A stretch of 64,000 nt of DNA from the human T2T-CHM13v2.0 reference genome, Homo sapiens (GCF_009914755.1 NC_060926.1), one strand, 5' to 3'. Positions 13,297-30,565 are shown, numbered from the stretch's first letter. The notes: generated by a model not told the origin, from the letters alone. A program made the numbers and translations.

Positions 13297-14477
13297 TGGA
13301 TTAGTCCATTTTCACACTGCTATAAAGAACTGTCCAAGACTGGGTTTAATTAACTCACAGTTCCACATGTCTTGGAAGGCATCAGGAAACTTACAATCAT
13401 GGCAGGATGTGAAGGCAGAGCAAGGACCTTCTTCACAAGACAGCAAGAGAGAAAAGTGAGGGCACAGGAAAAATATGCCACTTTAAATACCATCAGATCT
13501 CATGAGAATTCACTCACTATCACAAGAGCAGCATGGGGGTAACCACCCCATGATCCAATCACCTCCCACCAGGTCCCATCCTTGACATGTGGGGATTATG
13601 GGAACCATAATTGAAGATGAGATTTGGGTGACACAGAGCCAAACCATATTAGTCCACTCCTGGCTCTCCCCAAATCTTATGTCCCCACATTTCAAAACAC
13701 AATCATGCCTTCCCAATCATCCCCCAAAGTATTAACTCATTCCAGCCTTAACCCAAAAATCCAGGTCCAAAGTCTCATCTGAGACACGGCAAGCCTCTTC
13801 AGTCTATGAGCCAGTAAAATAAAATACAAGTTAGTTGTTTCCAAGACACAATTGGGATACAGGCATTGGGTAAATATTCCAATTCCAAATGAAATAAATT
13901 GGCCAAAACAAAGGGGCTACAGGCCCCCATACAAGTCTGAAATCCAGCAAGACAGACATTAAAGCTTTAAAATGATCTCCTGTGACTCCATGTCTCAAAT
14001 CCAGAGCATGCTGATGCAAGAGGTGGACTTCCACGGTCTTGGGCAGCTCCGCCTCTGTGGGTTTGCAGGGTAGAGCCCCACTTCCAATACCTATTTACTG
14101 TATTAGTCTGTTTTCACACTGCTATAAAGAACTGCCTAAGACTAGGTAATTTATAAAGAAAAGAGAGTTAATTGACTCACAATTCCACATGGCTGGAGAG
14201 GCCTCAGGAAACTTATAATCACGGTGGAAGATGAAGAGGAAGCAAAGACCTTCTTCACATGATGGCAGGAGAGAGAAGTGAGGGCGCATGAAAAAACTGC
14301 CCCTTTGAAAACCACCAGATCTCATGAGAATTCACTCATTATCACGAGAACAGCATGGGAGATACTTCCCCCATGATCCAGTCACCTCTTACCAGTTCCC
14401 ACCCTCGACACTTGGGAATTATGGGAATTACAATTCAATATGAGATTTGGTTGGGGATATAGAGCCAAACCATACAA
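13297..14477 (-). mobile_element. THE1D provirus with internal deletion (LTR 13297-13651, 447-bp internal, LTR 14099-14477)
   Basis: Two THE1D-type LTRs and a TSD TCTAT (13292-13296)/TCCAT (14478-14482). Confidence 0.9.
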
Positions 14478-15348
14478 TCCATCATTACAACTCTTACTCT
14501 AAAGGCATAAGAATCAACGTGCAGAATATAGCAACTACTAACTGTGTCTATTCCAAGTATATATTAAGGAATTGGGAATATATCTACTGGTGAAGGATAC
14601 ATACATTGACAAGTGGTCCCACTGTGGGCTGATCTGTGAACAGACTGTTTATTAAACTAGTTTTGATACCTTCATTGTTATACTTCAAGTTTCTGGGTAT
14701 CATTACCACTTAAAATTCTATGCATAAAAGTCTTGAAATGTTTGAGTCCTCCCTTTTCTTTAGTTGATGGTTACTTAAACATAATACCATAAGTCGTTTG
14801 GAGAAGGACTTGAAGGTATCATTATTTCCATTGTATTATTGGGTCCCTCTTCCAAAAACCCAGCCTCATCTTCAGTCTGTGGCTTCTGAATCTAAAATCA
14901 CCTCTGTACAGAAGCTGACAAAAGCATGATCCTTCTGATCATCTATCCTTGATGTATTTGGTTGTACAGAAAAAGCAATACCCTTATTGGATGCTCTTCA
15001 AATTTACATCTAGGGAAGCCATGCTCCATTAACCACTTCATAACTCTCAGCAAGTCAGGTCTCCTTTGATATTACTCTAGTCTTAACTCTCATATGATAA
15101 CTGTATCTACCTGGTTCCTTTCATGTAAATGCCACCTCCTGGTCTTTGTTTTGGTGTTGTATTATCACCATTGCTGTTAGTGAGCCCAGTTCTATAGTGG
15201 TATATCCTACAAGCAGTCATGGCCTATGGAAGGGAGCTGTCATTGAATTTCTTAATGACGCTGGAGTTCATACTGCCAACACATTCTTAATTACTTTGGT
15301 AAATAGTTTATCCCTGCCACACCAACGGAACGCAGTAATCTGAGGGCT

Positions 15349-15378
15349 GTGTGTGTGTGTGTGTGTGTTTCTGTGTGT
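15349..15378. repeat. (TG)n microsatellite
   Basis: Direct reading. Confidence 0.9.
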
Positions 15379-15599
15379 TTCAGGCTTACATGGTATTTCC
15401 ACTCTAGAATACCTATTTACTTAAGCCTTGTAATCCTGTTTTGCATAAGCTATCAGAAGCAGCATTTCTACCTTACTTAGTGTGGGTTATCAGTCTTTCC
15501 ATGTTTTTATAAGACATCCTCCTTTCATGTTTTTATTATTTACTAGGAGTCTGAGAACTGAGATAACACTCCAAAATTGATCAATACTTTCCTATGTAG

Positions 15600-18008
<2,409 letters not shown>

Positions 18009-18640
18009 TGAAGGGGAGGTCTCTAAGTCATCTTGATGCAGAGGAGGCAGCCCTTAACAGGAATGTGTTGGTCATATCTGCGGACGATGTTGAAATATAA
18101 GGGGATATGGGTTTACAATATTTTTAGATGTAATAATCCAGATGCTTTTACTCCATGAGAGTTTCATTCTTTCCTGGTCTGAGTTTTTATGTGGTTATAG
18201 CAGACCTGCTTAGTTTGAGAGTTTAAGTTTTTTTACAGCTCTCTTCTACTCTTATGATTGAGACTTTGATTTGGTCCTCAACATTCTTTGCCCCTAGCTG
18301 CAGTAAATGAGATCCTCTTTACATGCTACTTGCATTCATGCCCTGGCATTCATGCTTAGCTTTTAATTTCAGATTAATCAATCCTATTTTTATCTTTTTC
18401 TTCAAGGCATACTTCAAGTTTAGCAAAGCTACTCAATTCCACTCTCCTTATAACTACTATGTCTCCAATATTTCTCAAATATTTAACACATCACACCACA
18501 TCATCTAGTGCATTTCTCTTCTACTGAGTGTATACCATTCTTTTCTACCTGAGTGTATACCATCCCTCCGCCACTGAAGATTTTAAAAATTGCACTGTTC
18601 CCTTGTGCCAGGGCGGCCTTTACTTATTTATCACCATTGA

Positions 18641-19009
<369 letters not shown>

Positions 19010-19504
19010 GATGTCCTGGTTTTCAACAGGGCAGTGGATAATCCAACTGCAAAATCTCATTTTAGCATCTGCTTTCTGAGACCAGTTCAGATACCAGCCC
19101 TTTTTGTCAGGTTCCAGAGGAAGAAGGGCCTGATATGGGAATTAGCATGCAAAAGATTTATTGGGAGACTATTTTTGAGAATAATCCCCTAATAAATGAA
19201 AACTGCTTCCTCTGCCCAATCTTGCTTCCTGTCCTTCCTGTAAAAGACAAGGAAAGGGAAGAAAAGAAAACAAGATTGGGCAAAGGGAGCAGTTTTCATT
19301 CTCAATGAATTCTTTTCTCAGTTGATGGTGTCTGTATCTGGAGGGCCCCTCAGATCTATAAGGGGCCACAGAAAGGGCTTGAATCTTTATAAACCTGCAT
19401 GAATCAGTTATTCATGTACATGCCGTCTCTTAGGAATTCATGAGATAAAGACAATTACCTCATCCAACATCACTTTGCCCTCTCAGGGCAAAATTGTGCA
19501 GCAC

Positions 19505-19595
19505 AGTTCTCTGTTGTGCTGTCTAATGTGTTGCAGATGTTTACAAGCATCCCTGGCCTCTACTCACTAGATGTCAGTAGCACCCTCCCCTAGTT
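19505..19595. mobile_element. MER20 (hAT-Charlie) fragment
   Basis: gcatccctggcctctactcactagatgtcagtagcacc core. Confidence 0.7.
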
Positions 19596-20029
19596 CAAGA
19601 ATTACACTGTTACCTTGTGTCAGGGGCTGCCTGTACTATACCTCAGCAGTGATGGCATCCTTCTTTCCATCTGGGCAGTGAGTAATCCAATTAGATTAAT
19701 TAAATGATTAGACTAAGTACATAATGTATATTTTCCCTCAAGTGGTATCAAGAACAAATGGAATGCTAAATTTAGCTAATTGGTAAATTTCACATATTTT
19801 ATACCATTTGGACATGGGAGATTGGGAGTTAAATAAAGTTTGAAAGAATAATTTAGGCTAACATCCAGGGTGATCCCCCTATCACCAAGGACCCTTTAGG
19901 ACAAAGAGAAGATTAGAACTGCTGTCCTAAGCATTTAACATGACAATGGCAAGCTGTTGTAGTGTATATATCAGTGCGTGTGTTATGCATTAGAAAAAGG
20001 CTTTGCAAACTACTACATGCTCATAATAA

Positions 20030-20310
20030 AAACGTAGTGGAAAGATGATAGAAACACAAGTTTGAAATACTACGGAGCTGCTGACTAGCTCAGTGACCTT
20101 GGTCATTTCACTCACTCACTGAGCTTTTCCTCACTCTTATTTGAATATGATTCAAACCTTACAGTGTTAATATTTTTGTGCATATGTGAGTGCATTCATA
20201 AATGTCTGAAATTTAAAAGAAATTTAACTTATATATGTATATAAAATATGTACATATATATAAAAATATCTATGCCTGGCCTGTAGTGGTTACTCAAATG
20301 ACAGATGAAT
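20030..20310 (+). mobile_element. MIR/L2 relics
   Basis: ctagctcagtgaccttggtcatttcactca (MIR core) and tgcctggcctgtagtggttactcaaat. Confidence 0.55.
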
Positions 20311-21259
20311 TTTAATGACTAGCACTCAGCCCTACCTAAAAAGACAAGAACATCTTGCAAGTAATTGCTTCTGTCTTCTAAGATAACTGCTGCTGTTTGG
20401 CAACACAGTAGGGACTCCCAGTAGAAGCAACCTTGCTCTCATTGCATCTGCTCCAGAGAAATCAGGAAATAATTACCTTTTTATTTGGAGACATGATTCA
20501 GCAGCCTTCCCCGTGGCTGTAGAGAGATAAACTGGGCCAAAGAGAATAACCTGGATTTTATTCTGCCTTGATTACTCCTGTTGCAGGGATAATTAGAGTT
20601 CAGGGCGGGAAGTACCACAGCTGATTAAAGAGAGGACCTTGGGCACATCAACTCTCAAATATCTTGATTACAGAAATTGGAGGCTCCCATTCCATGTTCG
20701 TGAATACCGTGAAAATGTGACATCCTGCATTGCCAAGGTAGCTATCTGAATTCTATGAATACAAGGAGAAATAGGGTTTTAATGATCAGCGGCAATGTCA
20801 AGGACTGGAATCATGACAGGAACAAGTACTGCTTCCTAAAACACAGTGCAAATGATTTATAGTTGAAAATGGCAATAATTTCAATTTATATTGATGAAAA
20901 TAGAATTCTTTTAGAAAGTCTCTATTTAAAAAAAAATATGCCTCTTTCAGTGATGATAGCTACATGACTACCCCATATTACCAGTTGAAAATTAACATTA
21001 AAATACCTTTCACCTACATAATTTTTGGAATGGATGTGGAAAATATTCAGATTATCAAAGATTGTAAACACTTCAATTGTAATGCTTTTTTTTTTTAACT
21101 TGGCTAGTTTCTTATACTTAAAAAAATAAAAACACACTTAAAACTGTCTACATTTTATAAACATTAATTAGGTAAATGGGGAGGCATAAGAATAGTGGAA
21201 GGCTTCGGACAGAAAGATTCAGTGCTCTTAGTAAATGTCAGTAAGGTATAATGAGAGGA

Positions 21260-21600
21260 GAGCAGTGTTACAATTGAGAGCACCTAGTTTCAAATCTTCA
21301 GCACAATACACTAGCTATCTGGAATTACACAAATCATTGTATCCCTTTGAATTTTACTGTCCTACTCAAAAAGTTGAGATGAAAAATAGATCTATTGGTT
21401 AAAAGTTTCTAGAAGTTTTCATGTCATTGTAAATGTAATATGCTATGTAGATTATTTTAAAGCACAGCGAAACTATTCAACATTTTCATTAACAACATTA
21501 GCTAAAATGTAATTAATTTATCAAGGAATAAATAAAATATGTTAAACCCAGTGTGAAGTCCACAGTAGGTCTTCAGTAATGGTGATAAATGAAAGTTGTA
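21260..21600 (+). mobile_element. MIR relic(s)
   Basis: gttt caaatcttcagcac..ctagctatct, and cacagtaggtcttcagtaatgg. Confidence 0.45.
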
Positions 21601-23774
21601 TTGAATATGTTATTTATTGTCTTTATTTTTCATTAAAAAATCTGCTAAATGTTGAATGACGAGTACTTAATTCAATTCATGTAAACAAAGTTAACTGGTC
21701 AAATAAACATTAAAAATATTAAGTGATATTGATGCTGGTAATATTTGCTCGATGTTTGTAGTGGTAATATATGTCGTAGTAATAATACAAATTTATATTA
21801 AATTAATGCCTTCTTACGAGAACTCAATTCAACATTTAGAATGAGTCAATCAAAAAATAACCTGGGATTTTATCTATCATGGTTTATCAGATATTGTTTG
21901 TTTTATACAGGAATATATATATGTATATATATATAAAATTCTGGGAAAGAGAAGAATCTTGATTTTATTCTCTTTGATTTCCCCTGCTGCAAAGATAATG
22001 TGAGTTTAGGGTACTGTGTATATATTTTATTATAAATTACAGAGTCATGAGCTATGTATAAAATTTTTTAGAAAGGAAAAAGTAGTGCATAGCATAAAAT
22101 GTACATATACAATTATTTTATATGTAATTTATAGTTACATATAATTGCTAATACATACACAGTTAAAGCCATTTCATAGTCTAGCTCTGTTGTTAGTAGA
22201 AAAGTGATAGGTGATCATAGCTACAAATACGTCCATAATTTTCACAAATAATAAAGGGGGAAATTGAGAATTTTTATTGCAATCTCATGATGAGACATTG
22301 GGAGTAAACGAAGACAGAAGGAAAGATAAAAGCTACGCAGAGAAGTGCTTTTGGGTAGAAAAAGATACTATGCAGAGAAGTACTTTTATGCATAAAGTGC
22401 TTTTATGCACTGTGTCATCAGTTCTTAAAAGGGGGCCTTGTACGTAGGTGCTTACTGAGTGGTTCTTTAATGAATAACCAATGCAAGATCCAATGCAGCC
22501 ATTAAGAGTAAAGAACAGTTTCACTTACTTACATTATCTCATTTAAGTCTCTCAAAATCTTGTCACATAAGAAAGTGTGTTTTTATAATTTAAAAGGAGA
22601 AGATGTGAGGAATATTATGCAGATTTGATCTGTTTTTTGTACTGTAATGTTAGTTATTCCATAAGTATCAAATGGCACTTACCACTCATTAATGATATAT
22701 TTGTAATTTTTGTTACTTCTAGGGATTAAGACTAACTACATAGATTCTTCTTTAATGCTTGCTAAATTTAAGTTGTGTATTCATATTCTGGGACATGAGA
22801 CAAATATAACCCACCCCAGGGAGCCTCATTTTCTGATTTGTTTTTCTCTTTTGTGTTTATATCTATATTAGCCCTTTTTATATTGTGGTGCAATCAAATA
22901 TTCAAATATCTTTAGCCCTAATTTAAGTCAGAGCAACATGAGATGGCAGGAAAAAAAGAATATGTTAAATGATAGTTGATTCTACCTGAAAAAGCATAAA
23001 TGTTTCTCTTATTAAAAATAAAATAAATTAAAATTGATTAATTTTTAAAAAAATTTTGTTTGGTTCTCTGTTTTAATTTGTTAAGAGTAAATGAATATAT
23101 TTATTGGCATTTTATATCTAAGAAGTTTGATTTTGGTTATCTAGCATGTAAGTGTGGTATCTTCTAATATTTTATATCCTCTGTTTTATTTGTGGCTTTG
23201 TAGATTTCATTAATCTGAATTAAATTGATCATTTGAGCAAGTGCTTTACCAGTGACTCCTTTCACACTTCTAGAAGGGTTTTAATTAGAATAACCTTTCA
23301 TAGCATTTTTAGTCTAGTAACTTCAAGCCTCATAATATATTCACTCCACATAAAAACAATTATCAATAGAGTCCACAGGATGATTTAACATGCCACACAC
23401 ACCTCTTGTTCTTCACAATGATATGTATGTAATACAGTCAGACCCACCTCTTCATTACTTCCAAAGAGCCAACTTTGTCCAGTCTAAAAAATAATAGCTC
23501 TTTCTGATATTTTTTTCAAGGGAAAACCTATTCTTGGGACTTTTTTCCACTTTTCTTTCAGTTTTTCTTTGAATTTTCTCTTCTGTCACGTTTTCAAAAT
23601 GCCATTATTCATGATTTATCACTGTCTTTAAGTATCATTATAGGAATTAAATATCTTTTTACTTTTATAGTTTCAAGACTTTTGTTGAACTTATTCAACT
23701 AGCACTAAATATTTTTATTCATTTTAAAGAAAATTATTTCAGAAAATTGTCTACATTAATTGTCTAAATGGTTT

Positions 23775-24197
23775 TATCATGGTGAAATATATATATAATA
23801 ACATAAAATTTGTCATTTTAATCATTTTAAAATATTCAGCTCAGTGGCATTTTATATTCATATTGCTGTGCAACCATCATCACTATCTATTCTAAAACAT
23901 TTTTATCACTTCCAACAGAAACTCTGCACCCATTAAGTAATAACTTCTATTTCCCTCTCCCCCAGCCCCTGGGAACTTCTCTATGAATTTTCTTATTGTA
24001 AATATTTCGAGTAAGTGGAATGTTACATCATTTATTCTTATGTGTCTCATTTCTTTTAGTTAGTATAATTTATCCAAGGTTGACCCATATTGTAGCATAT
24101 ATCAGAACTTTTTTGTGACTGAATAATATTACTTTATGTCTATTTAACACATTTAGTGTATCCATTCATCTGTTGATGGATATTGGTTGTCTCCAAT
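23775..24197 (-). mobile_element. L1MB-type 3' end
   Basis: ataacataaaatttgtcatttta..gtgcaaccatcatcactatc..ccattcatctgttgatgga. Confidence 0.8.
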
Positions 24198-24199
24198 TA

Positions 24200-24402
24200 T
24201 TTCTATTTTATTTTTATTTTAAGTTCTGGGGTACATGTGCAGGATGTGGGGTACATGTGCAGGATGTGCAGATTTGTTGCATAGGTAAACATGTGCCATC
24301 GTGGTTTGCTGCACCTATCAACCCATGGCCTATGTATTAAGCCCAGCATGCATTACCTATTTTTTCTAATGCTCTTTCTACCCCCACTCCACACCCCCAA
24401 CA
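24200..24402 (-). mobile_element. L1PA10-13-type 3' end fragment
   Basis: T-rich tail followed by gtacatgtgcaggatgtgcag..gtttgctgcacctatcaaccc. Confidence 0.85.
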
Positions 24403-27400
24403 CTCTGAATCTTTTTGAATACTTTACATAAAGCTTTTGTTTCCAATACCTCAAGGAAATTAATGTTATCAAGGTCCTCAGTGATATTCATATATTTAAA
24501 TTGAATGGTTGATTATCAATCCAAGTATTGTTTGATATATAAATGGCATTTTACAGGACTGAGTACATTTACCTACGTGAAATGCCTTCACTAGATTACC
24601 AAAAATTACTGAAGAGATTTAGGAGGTAGGATGGCCCTTGTGCAGATTCTGTGTAGAAACTGAGACCCTCCCCCTTGAAAATACCAGAGAGGATTTCCAC
24701 AGAAGCTCTAATCAACTATTTATATTGTTTTATTTTTCTGGGTTAGATGACGTGCCCATTCTTGATTCAAATACAGAAAGGGAAGATGTAATCATTCTAA
24801 TTTTCTCCAACTATTCTCTGGAGCCGAGAGTAGACTCAGTAGCTGCTGAATAAGATGCACAGACTTGTGAAAATGGTGAATATTCAAGACCTTTCTGTTT
24901 GAAAAGAGAGAGGGATTCTGTTTGGAAGGAGAAAAACAAGAATGATACTGGATTGGCAGCTAACAATATCCACTGTATGCCTGAAAGCATATCCATAGAA
25001 TATTTTTTAAAAATATCATTTCTACCTCAAGTACTAGTATTTGACTCTAAGAAATGTACTTATGTGCTTATTTAAACATTAAACCAGCATAAAATTAGAA
25101 TATTTTCTAAATTTTCTCCATGAAGGTTCATATTGAATAGAAAAAGCTATTGTTTTCTTCTTTTCCATTACAGAGCATGACCATTTAAATGTTTGAACTT
25201 TTTCCTTGACATGCACTTTAAAACAGAAGTGATATGCATTTATCTTCATGATGATTTTAGGTGAGATTTAATAGCTAGCCATACAAATAAACCCTGCAGG
25301 TGGTAAGCAATGGTCCATGCATGAAACAAGCATCCCAATTTCCAAAAGGCTATCGATTAAATGAAAATGACTATTGAACTGATCTTCTGCTACCAAAATG
25401 TTAATTAAAATTTCATTACTATTCATCAGCCACTCATACTGTAGCTCTGGGATAATGGTGATGCAGGATCTCAGTATATTATAATCTTAGTGATATATTT
25501 TTATATCATCACCATAAGAAACATTGTGTTACTCCAGAATATTTGAGATTTCTCACTGCCTGAGGCATGTATTTATTTCATATCTTTTTATTTTAGTTTA
25601 TTCTGTTCAATCCTCTTCTCAATCCATCCACCTGTACCTGATGCGTGTGTCTCTGATACTAGGCCACAGACAAATGTTCACCCAGGATTGGCCTTGAAAA
25701 TAAAACATGATGTTTGTGTCATAATCATAGCTCATATCTGACTTCATACTTGGTACAGCTAATTTTACTCCTTTTTCCTTGTGTAAATGCCAGATCCTGA
25801 TGAGTTTTAAATTTTAAAAAATCCTCTTTCCTATGTAATTATAAACTATTTCATTGTTTAAACCTTATAGTATCATGAATTTAGTACTATTTTTTTTTCT
25901 GGAAATATTTGGCATATGAACCTCTCTCACTTATGAGCAGCATATTTGTTAATTGAGATTATTGTAGATTCACTTGTGGTAGAAGGAATGATACAGAGAG
26001 ATCCCTTGTATACTTCATCCAGTTCCGCCTAATGGTGACATTTTGCGTAACCATAGCATAATAGCATAACCAGGATATTAATATCAATAAAATCCATTGA
26101 TCTAATTCAGACTTACCCAGTTTTACTTACACACACATATGTGTGTATTAAATCTGATACAATTTTAAGATGAGTAGGTGTGTTTATCCACAAATAGGAG
26201 TAAAAATGCTAAACACTAACAACAATGTCAGGTTCCTTTCTATTCTTTGATAACCATACACACCTCCCACCATTTCTCCCACTCATTTCTAAACGTTGCC
26301 ACTAAACTTATCTTCTATTTCTAAAATTTCATCATGAATAGAACAATACAGAATATAAACTTTGGGGATTAGTATTTTTTTACTTTGTGTGATTCTCTGG
26401 AGACTTGCCTAAGTTGATATGTACATAAATGATCGATTCCTTTTTATTGTTAAGTAGTATTCCATGGTGCATATGTACTGCCATTTGTTTGACCATTCAC
26501 CTACTGAAGTACATCTTGATTGAGCCGAGGTTTTGCTATTATGAATACATCTGCTATAAATATTTGTTGTATAGGCTTTTGTGAACAGAGCTTTCTCCCC
26601 ACTCTTAGAGAAATTCACAAGAGTACAACTTGCTAGGTTGAATAATAGTTGTATACCTTTTTTATTACCAAGCTCCAAGCTGTTTTCTACAGCGGCTGTA
26701 TCATTTTACATTTTCACAGGAAATATATGAGTGATTTAGTTTTTCTATGGAAATGGCAATATTTGCTGCTGTCACTTTTTTGTTAATTTTAACCATTGTA
26801 ATAGATGTGTAGTATTAGGTAATATTATATCACTGTGGTTTTAATTTGTGATTTTCTGGTGATCAATGATGTTGATATGATGCTTATTTGCCATCTGCAT
26901 ATCCTATTCACTGAAATGTCTCTTTATGTCTTTTGCCCATATTCTAATTGGTTTTTCTAGTTCATTTTTGCAAGACCTTTTGCAATCTGTATAGTTTTGT
27001 TTTGTTGAGGTTAGAGAGGTCTTTCTTATGTTCTAAATACTAGTCCTTTCTCAGATATATAATTTTAAATGTTTTCTCCAAATATGTACCTTGGTCTGTC
27101 TATCCTTTTCACACTGGTTTTCACTAAGAGAAAGTTTATAGTTTATAATTTTTTTATTTTATGTATTGTGCTTTTGATGTCAAGTCTGAGAAATTATAGC
27201 TTTCCTCTGGATCCTGAAGGTTTGTTTTCTTTTAGTTTAAACATGTTTTTTAGTTATATATTTACATTTAAGGATATAATTTATTTTGATTTAATGTTTG
27301 TGTGTTATATGAAATGTAGGCTGGGATTCTTTTTCTTTTGTTTTTTTTTTTCCTTTTGGTCTATGCATGAACAATTGCCGCAGGACCATTTCTTGAAAAG

Positions 27401-28177
27401 AACATCTTTCAGTTTAGTTCCTGCATCTTGCTCAAAAGTTTGTTAGGTATATTGTATGGGTCTGTTTCTAGGCCCTCTACCTTGTTCCATTGGCTTATGT
27501 GTCAATACCACGTAATATTAATTAATGTATGTAGATAATAAGTCTTGAAATCAGATATAATAATTCATTCCTTTTTATTTTTCCTTTTTGAAATTGTTTT
27601 AGCTAGTTTAGTTCCCTGGGCATTCCATGTAAATTTTACAGTGATAATTCTATATTTATACAAAAATGGGCTATTTTGGATAAGAATTACATTGCACCTC
27701 TGCATTGATTTAGAAAAAATTAGCCTCATTACTATACTGTTTCTTCCAATCCATGAACACAATGTCTTTCCACTTATTTAGGATTTTTAATTTATTTCAT
27801 CATTGTTGTATATTTTTCAGCATAAAGGTCGTGCACAGTTTTGTTAGATTTACAGTTAATTCATTTTTGAGTGTTGTGAATGGTATTGTGTTTTTAATTT
27901 CAGTGTTCATGGGCACATTCTAGTTTCTAGAATGAAAAATTGATTGTGTTATGCTTATCTTGTATCTTGTGACCTTGCTGGCATCATTAGCTCTGTTTTT
28001 TGATAGATCCTTTAGGATTTTCCACACAGACAATCATGTTATCAGCAAATAGAAAAAATTTTACTTTTTCCTTTCTTGTCTGTATACCTTCTGTTTCCTT
28101 TCTTTTCATTATTGCACTAGTTGAGGACTTCCAGAACTATGTTGAAAAGAGAAGTAAGAGTAGTCATCTTCACCTTG

Positions 28178-28578
28178 TGTGCTAGGCTGTTCTTATGTTG
28201 CTACAAACAAATACTTGAGAATGAGTAATTTATAAAGAAAAGAGGTTTAATTGGCTCACAGTTCTGCAGGCTGTACAGGAAACACGGCACGGGCATCTGC
28301 TCAGCTTTTGGGGTCTCTCAGGGAGATTTTACTCCCTGAGAAGCGGGAGGAGGTATGTCACATGGCCAAAGCAGAATCGAGAGAGAGAGTGGAAGGAGGT
28401 GCCACAAAGTTTAAAACAACCAGATCTCATGAGAACTCACCTACTAACCTGAGGACAGCACCAAGACATGAGGGATCTGCTCCCATGACCCCAACACCTC
28501 TCACCAGGCCCCACCTCTAACACTGAGGATTACATTTCAACATGAGATTTGGTAGGGACATATATCCAAACTATAGCA
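28178..28578 (-). mobile_element. MSTB solo LTR
   Basis: MST LTR motifs and a perfect 5-bp TSD CCTTG. Confidence 0.9.
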
Positions 28579-30565
28579 CCTTGTTCCTGATTTTAGGAAG
28601 GATTTTAGGATGTTTTTCATCATTAAGTATAATCTTAGCTGTAGGGTTTTTACCTGTTCTTTAAAATTTGGAGAAGGTCTTCCTCTATTCCTAATTTTCT
28701 AACAGTTTTTTATTATAAATATTTATTTTTTGCTGAATTAATTTTATGCATCAATTGATATGATCATCTGATTTTTCTTCTTTAGCCTGTTGATATTGTT
28801 CATTGCAATGACTGATTTTGTAATGTTGAACCATCCTTGTATTGCTGGAATAAACACACTTGGTCATGTGTATAGTTATTTTTATGTATTATTGAGTTTT
28901 ATTTCATAGTATTTTGTTAAAGATTTTTATATCTATATTTGCGAGGGATACTAATCAATTATTTTCTTTTTTGTACACTGGCTTGGGTATTAGTGTAATA
29001 CTTCATAAGAATATTTAGGAAATTTTCACTTCATTTCTATTTTCTGGTAAAGCTTGTATAAATTTAGTAATAATTACTTCTTAAATGTTTATTACTATTC
29101 TCCAGTGAAACTGTTTCAGCCAGGAATTTTATTTTTCAGGACCTTTTAATTAATAATTGAATTGCTTTGATTGTAATGGAGCTATTTTACATTGTTAATT
29201 TTATTTTGGTAATTTTTGATAGTTTGTGTTTTCAAAAAATTAGTCCATTTATTTTAAGTTGATGAAACTATGAGCATGAAGTTGTTCGTATTATTCTCTT
29301 TATCTTTTTAAAAGCTACAGAATCAAGAGCGTTATTTCTTACTTTAATTTTGACATGAGCAATAGCTGTCTTTTTGTTATTTTTGTTTAGTATTTTTGGA
29401 GTTTTATCAATTTTATTGATAAACATATTTGAAAGATATTTGATTATATTAATTTTCTTTCTTGCTTTTCTGTTTTCAATTTTATTGATTTCTGCTTTGA
29501 TTTTTTATTATTTTTTCTTTTTGTTTTGAGCTTATTTTGCTCTTCTGTTTCTACTTTTGTTAATAGAAATGTAGATTATCAACTTGAGACCTCTCATTTT
29601 TAATGTAAGCCTACACTGCTATCAGTTTTTCTCCAATCGCTTCTTTAGTTCTATCTGACATAATATTTTGTATCTTTTAAATCATTCACATCTATGTATT
29701 TGTTTTTAAATTATTTGAGACTTCCTTTTTCACCCATGGATCATTTAAAAATATGTTATTTCCCACATGTTCTCAGATTCCTCTTGTTCTGTTATTTATT
29801 TCTAGTTTGATATCATAAAAACTACAGAACACAATTTAAATTATTTCTTTTTTTAAGTTTGTTGAGGCTTGATTAATGTCTACTTATGTCTATGATCTAT
29901 CTTGATGAGTATTCCATGAAGGTCTGAAAAAAATTGTGTGTTCTGCTGTAATTGAACGGAGTGTTTATATGTGGTAGTTAGATCTTCTTAGTTAAATGTG
30001 CAGATATTCTAGATATTCCAGGTCATTGCTGATTTTCTAATAATTCTATCATTATTATCATTGTTATAATGATAGTGTTGGAGTCTGCAATTACAGTAGT
30101 GAATCTCTGCTTTCAACTCTTTATCAGTTTTTGTTTCACATTATTTTGCAAATATGATCTTGTGGTCAGTACATATTTAGAATTTTTATGTCTAGTTGAT
30201 TGATTCTTTTATCATCATTAGTATAAAAGACACAAGGATCAAAACATCTAAATGAAATGTGGTTCAGACAAGAAGGCATAGACGCACTTCTTCTTGCTGT
30301 CTCTCACGAGACACAACCTTAAGCACTAGAAGTAGTGAAAAGACAAATATAGAGGAGAAACCTGAAGGTAGTAAAAATAAGAGAGCTTTCTTTGTACTAT
30401 CCTTGAGTGTTTCACTACATATTAAATTTCCAGAATGCATCACTAGAACCTATATTGTATCTGTGGACACTCTTTAAATGTAGACATTTAAGCAAAAGTC
30501 AAAAGATTAAATCTAGAAATAAAAATGAATATGACATTTGATGAGAAGGATTGGCTCCTGCTGCA

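Noticed and set aside
25255-25310. Splice-like signals (ttttag|gtgag, cag|gtggtaag)
   Set aside because: No coherent exon or ORF chain; such motifs are frequent by chance.
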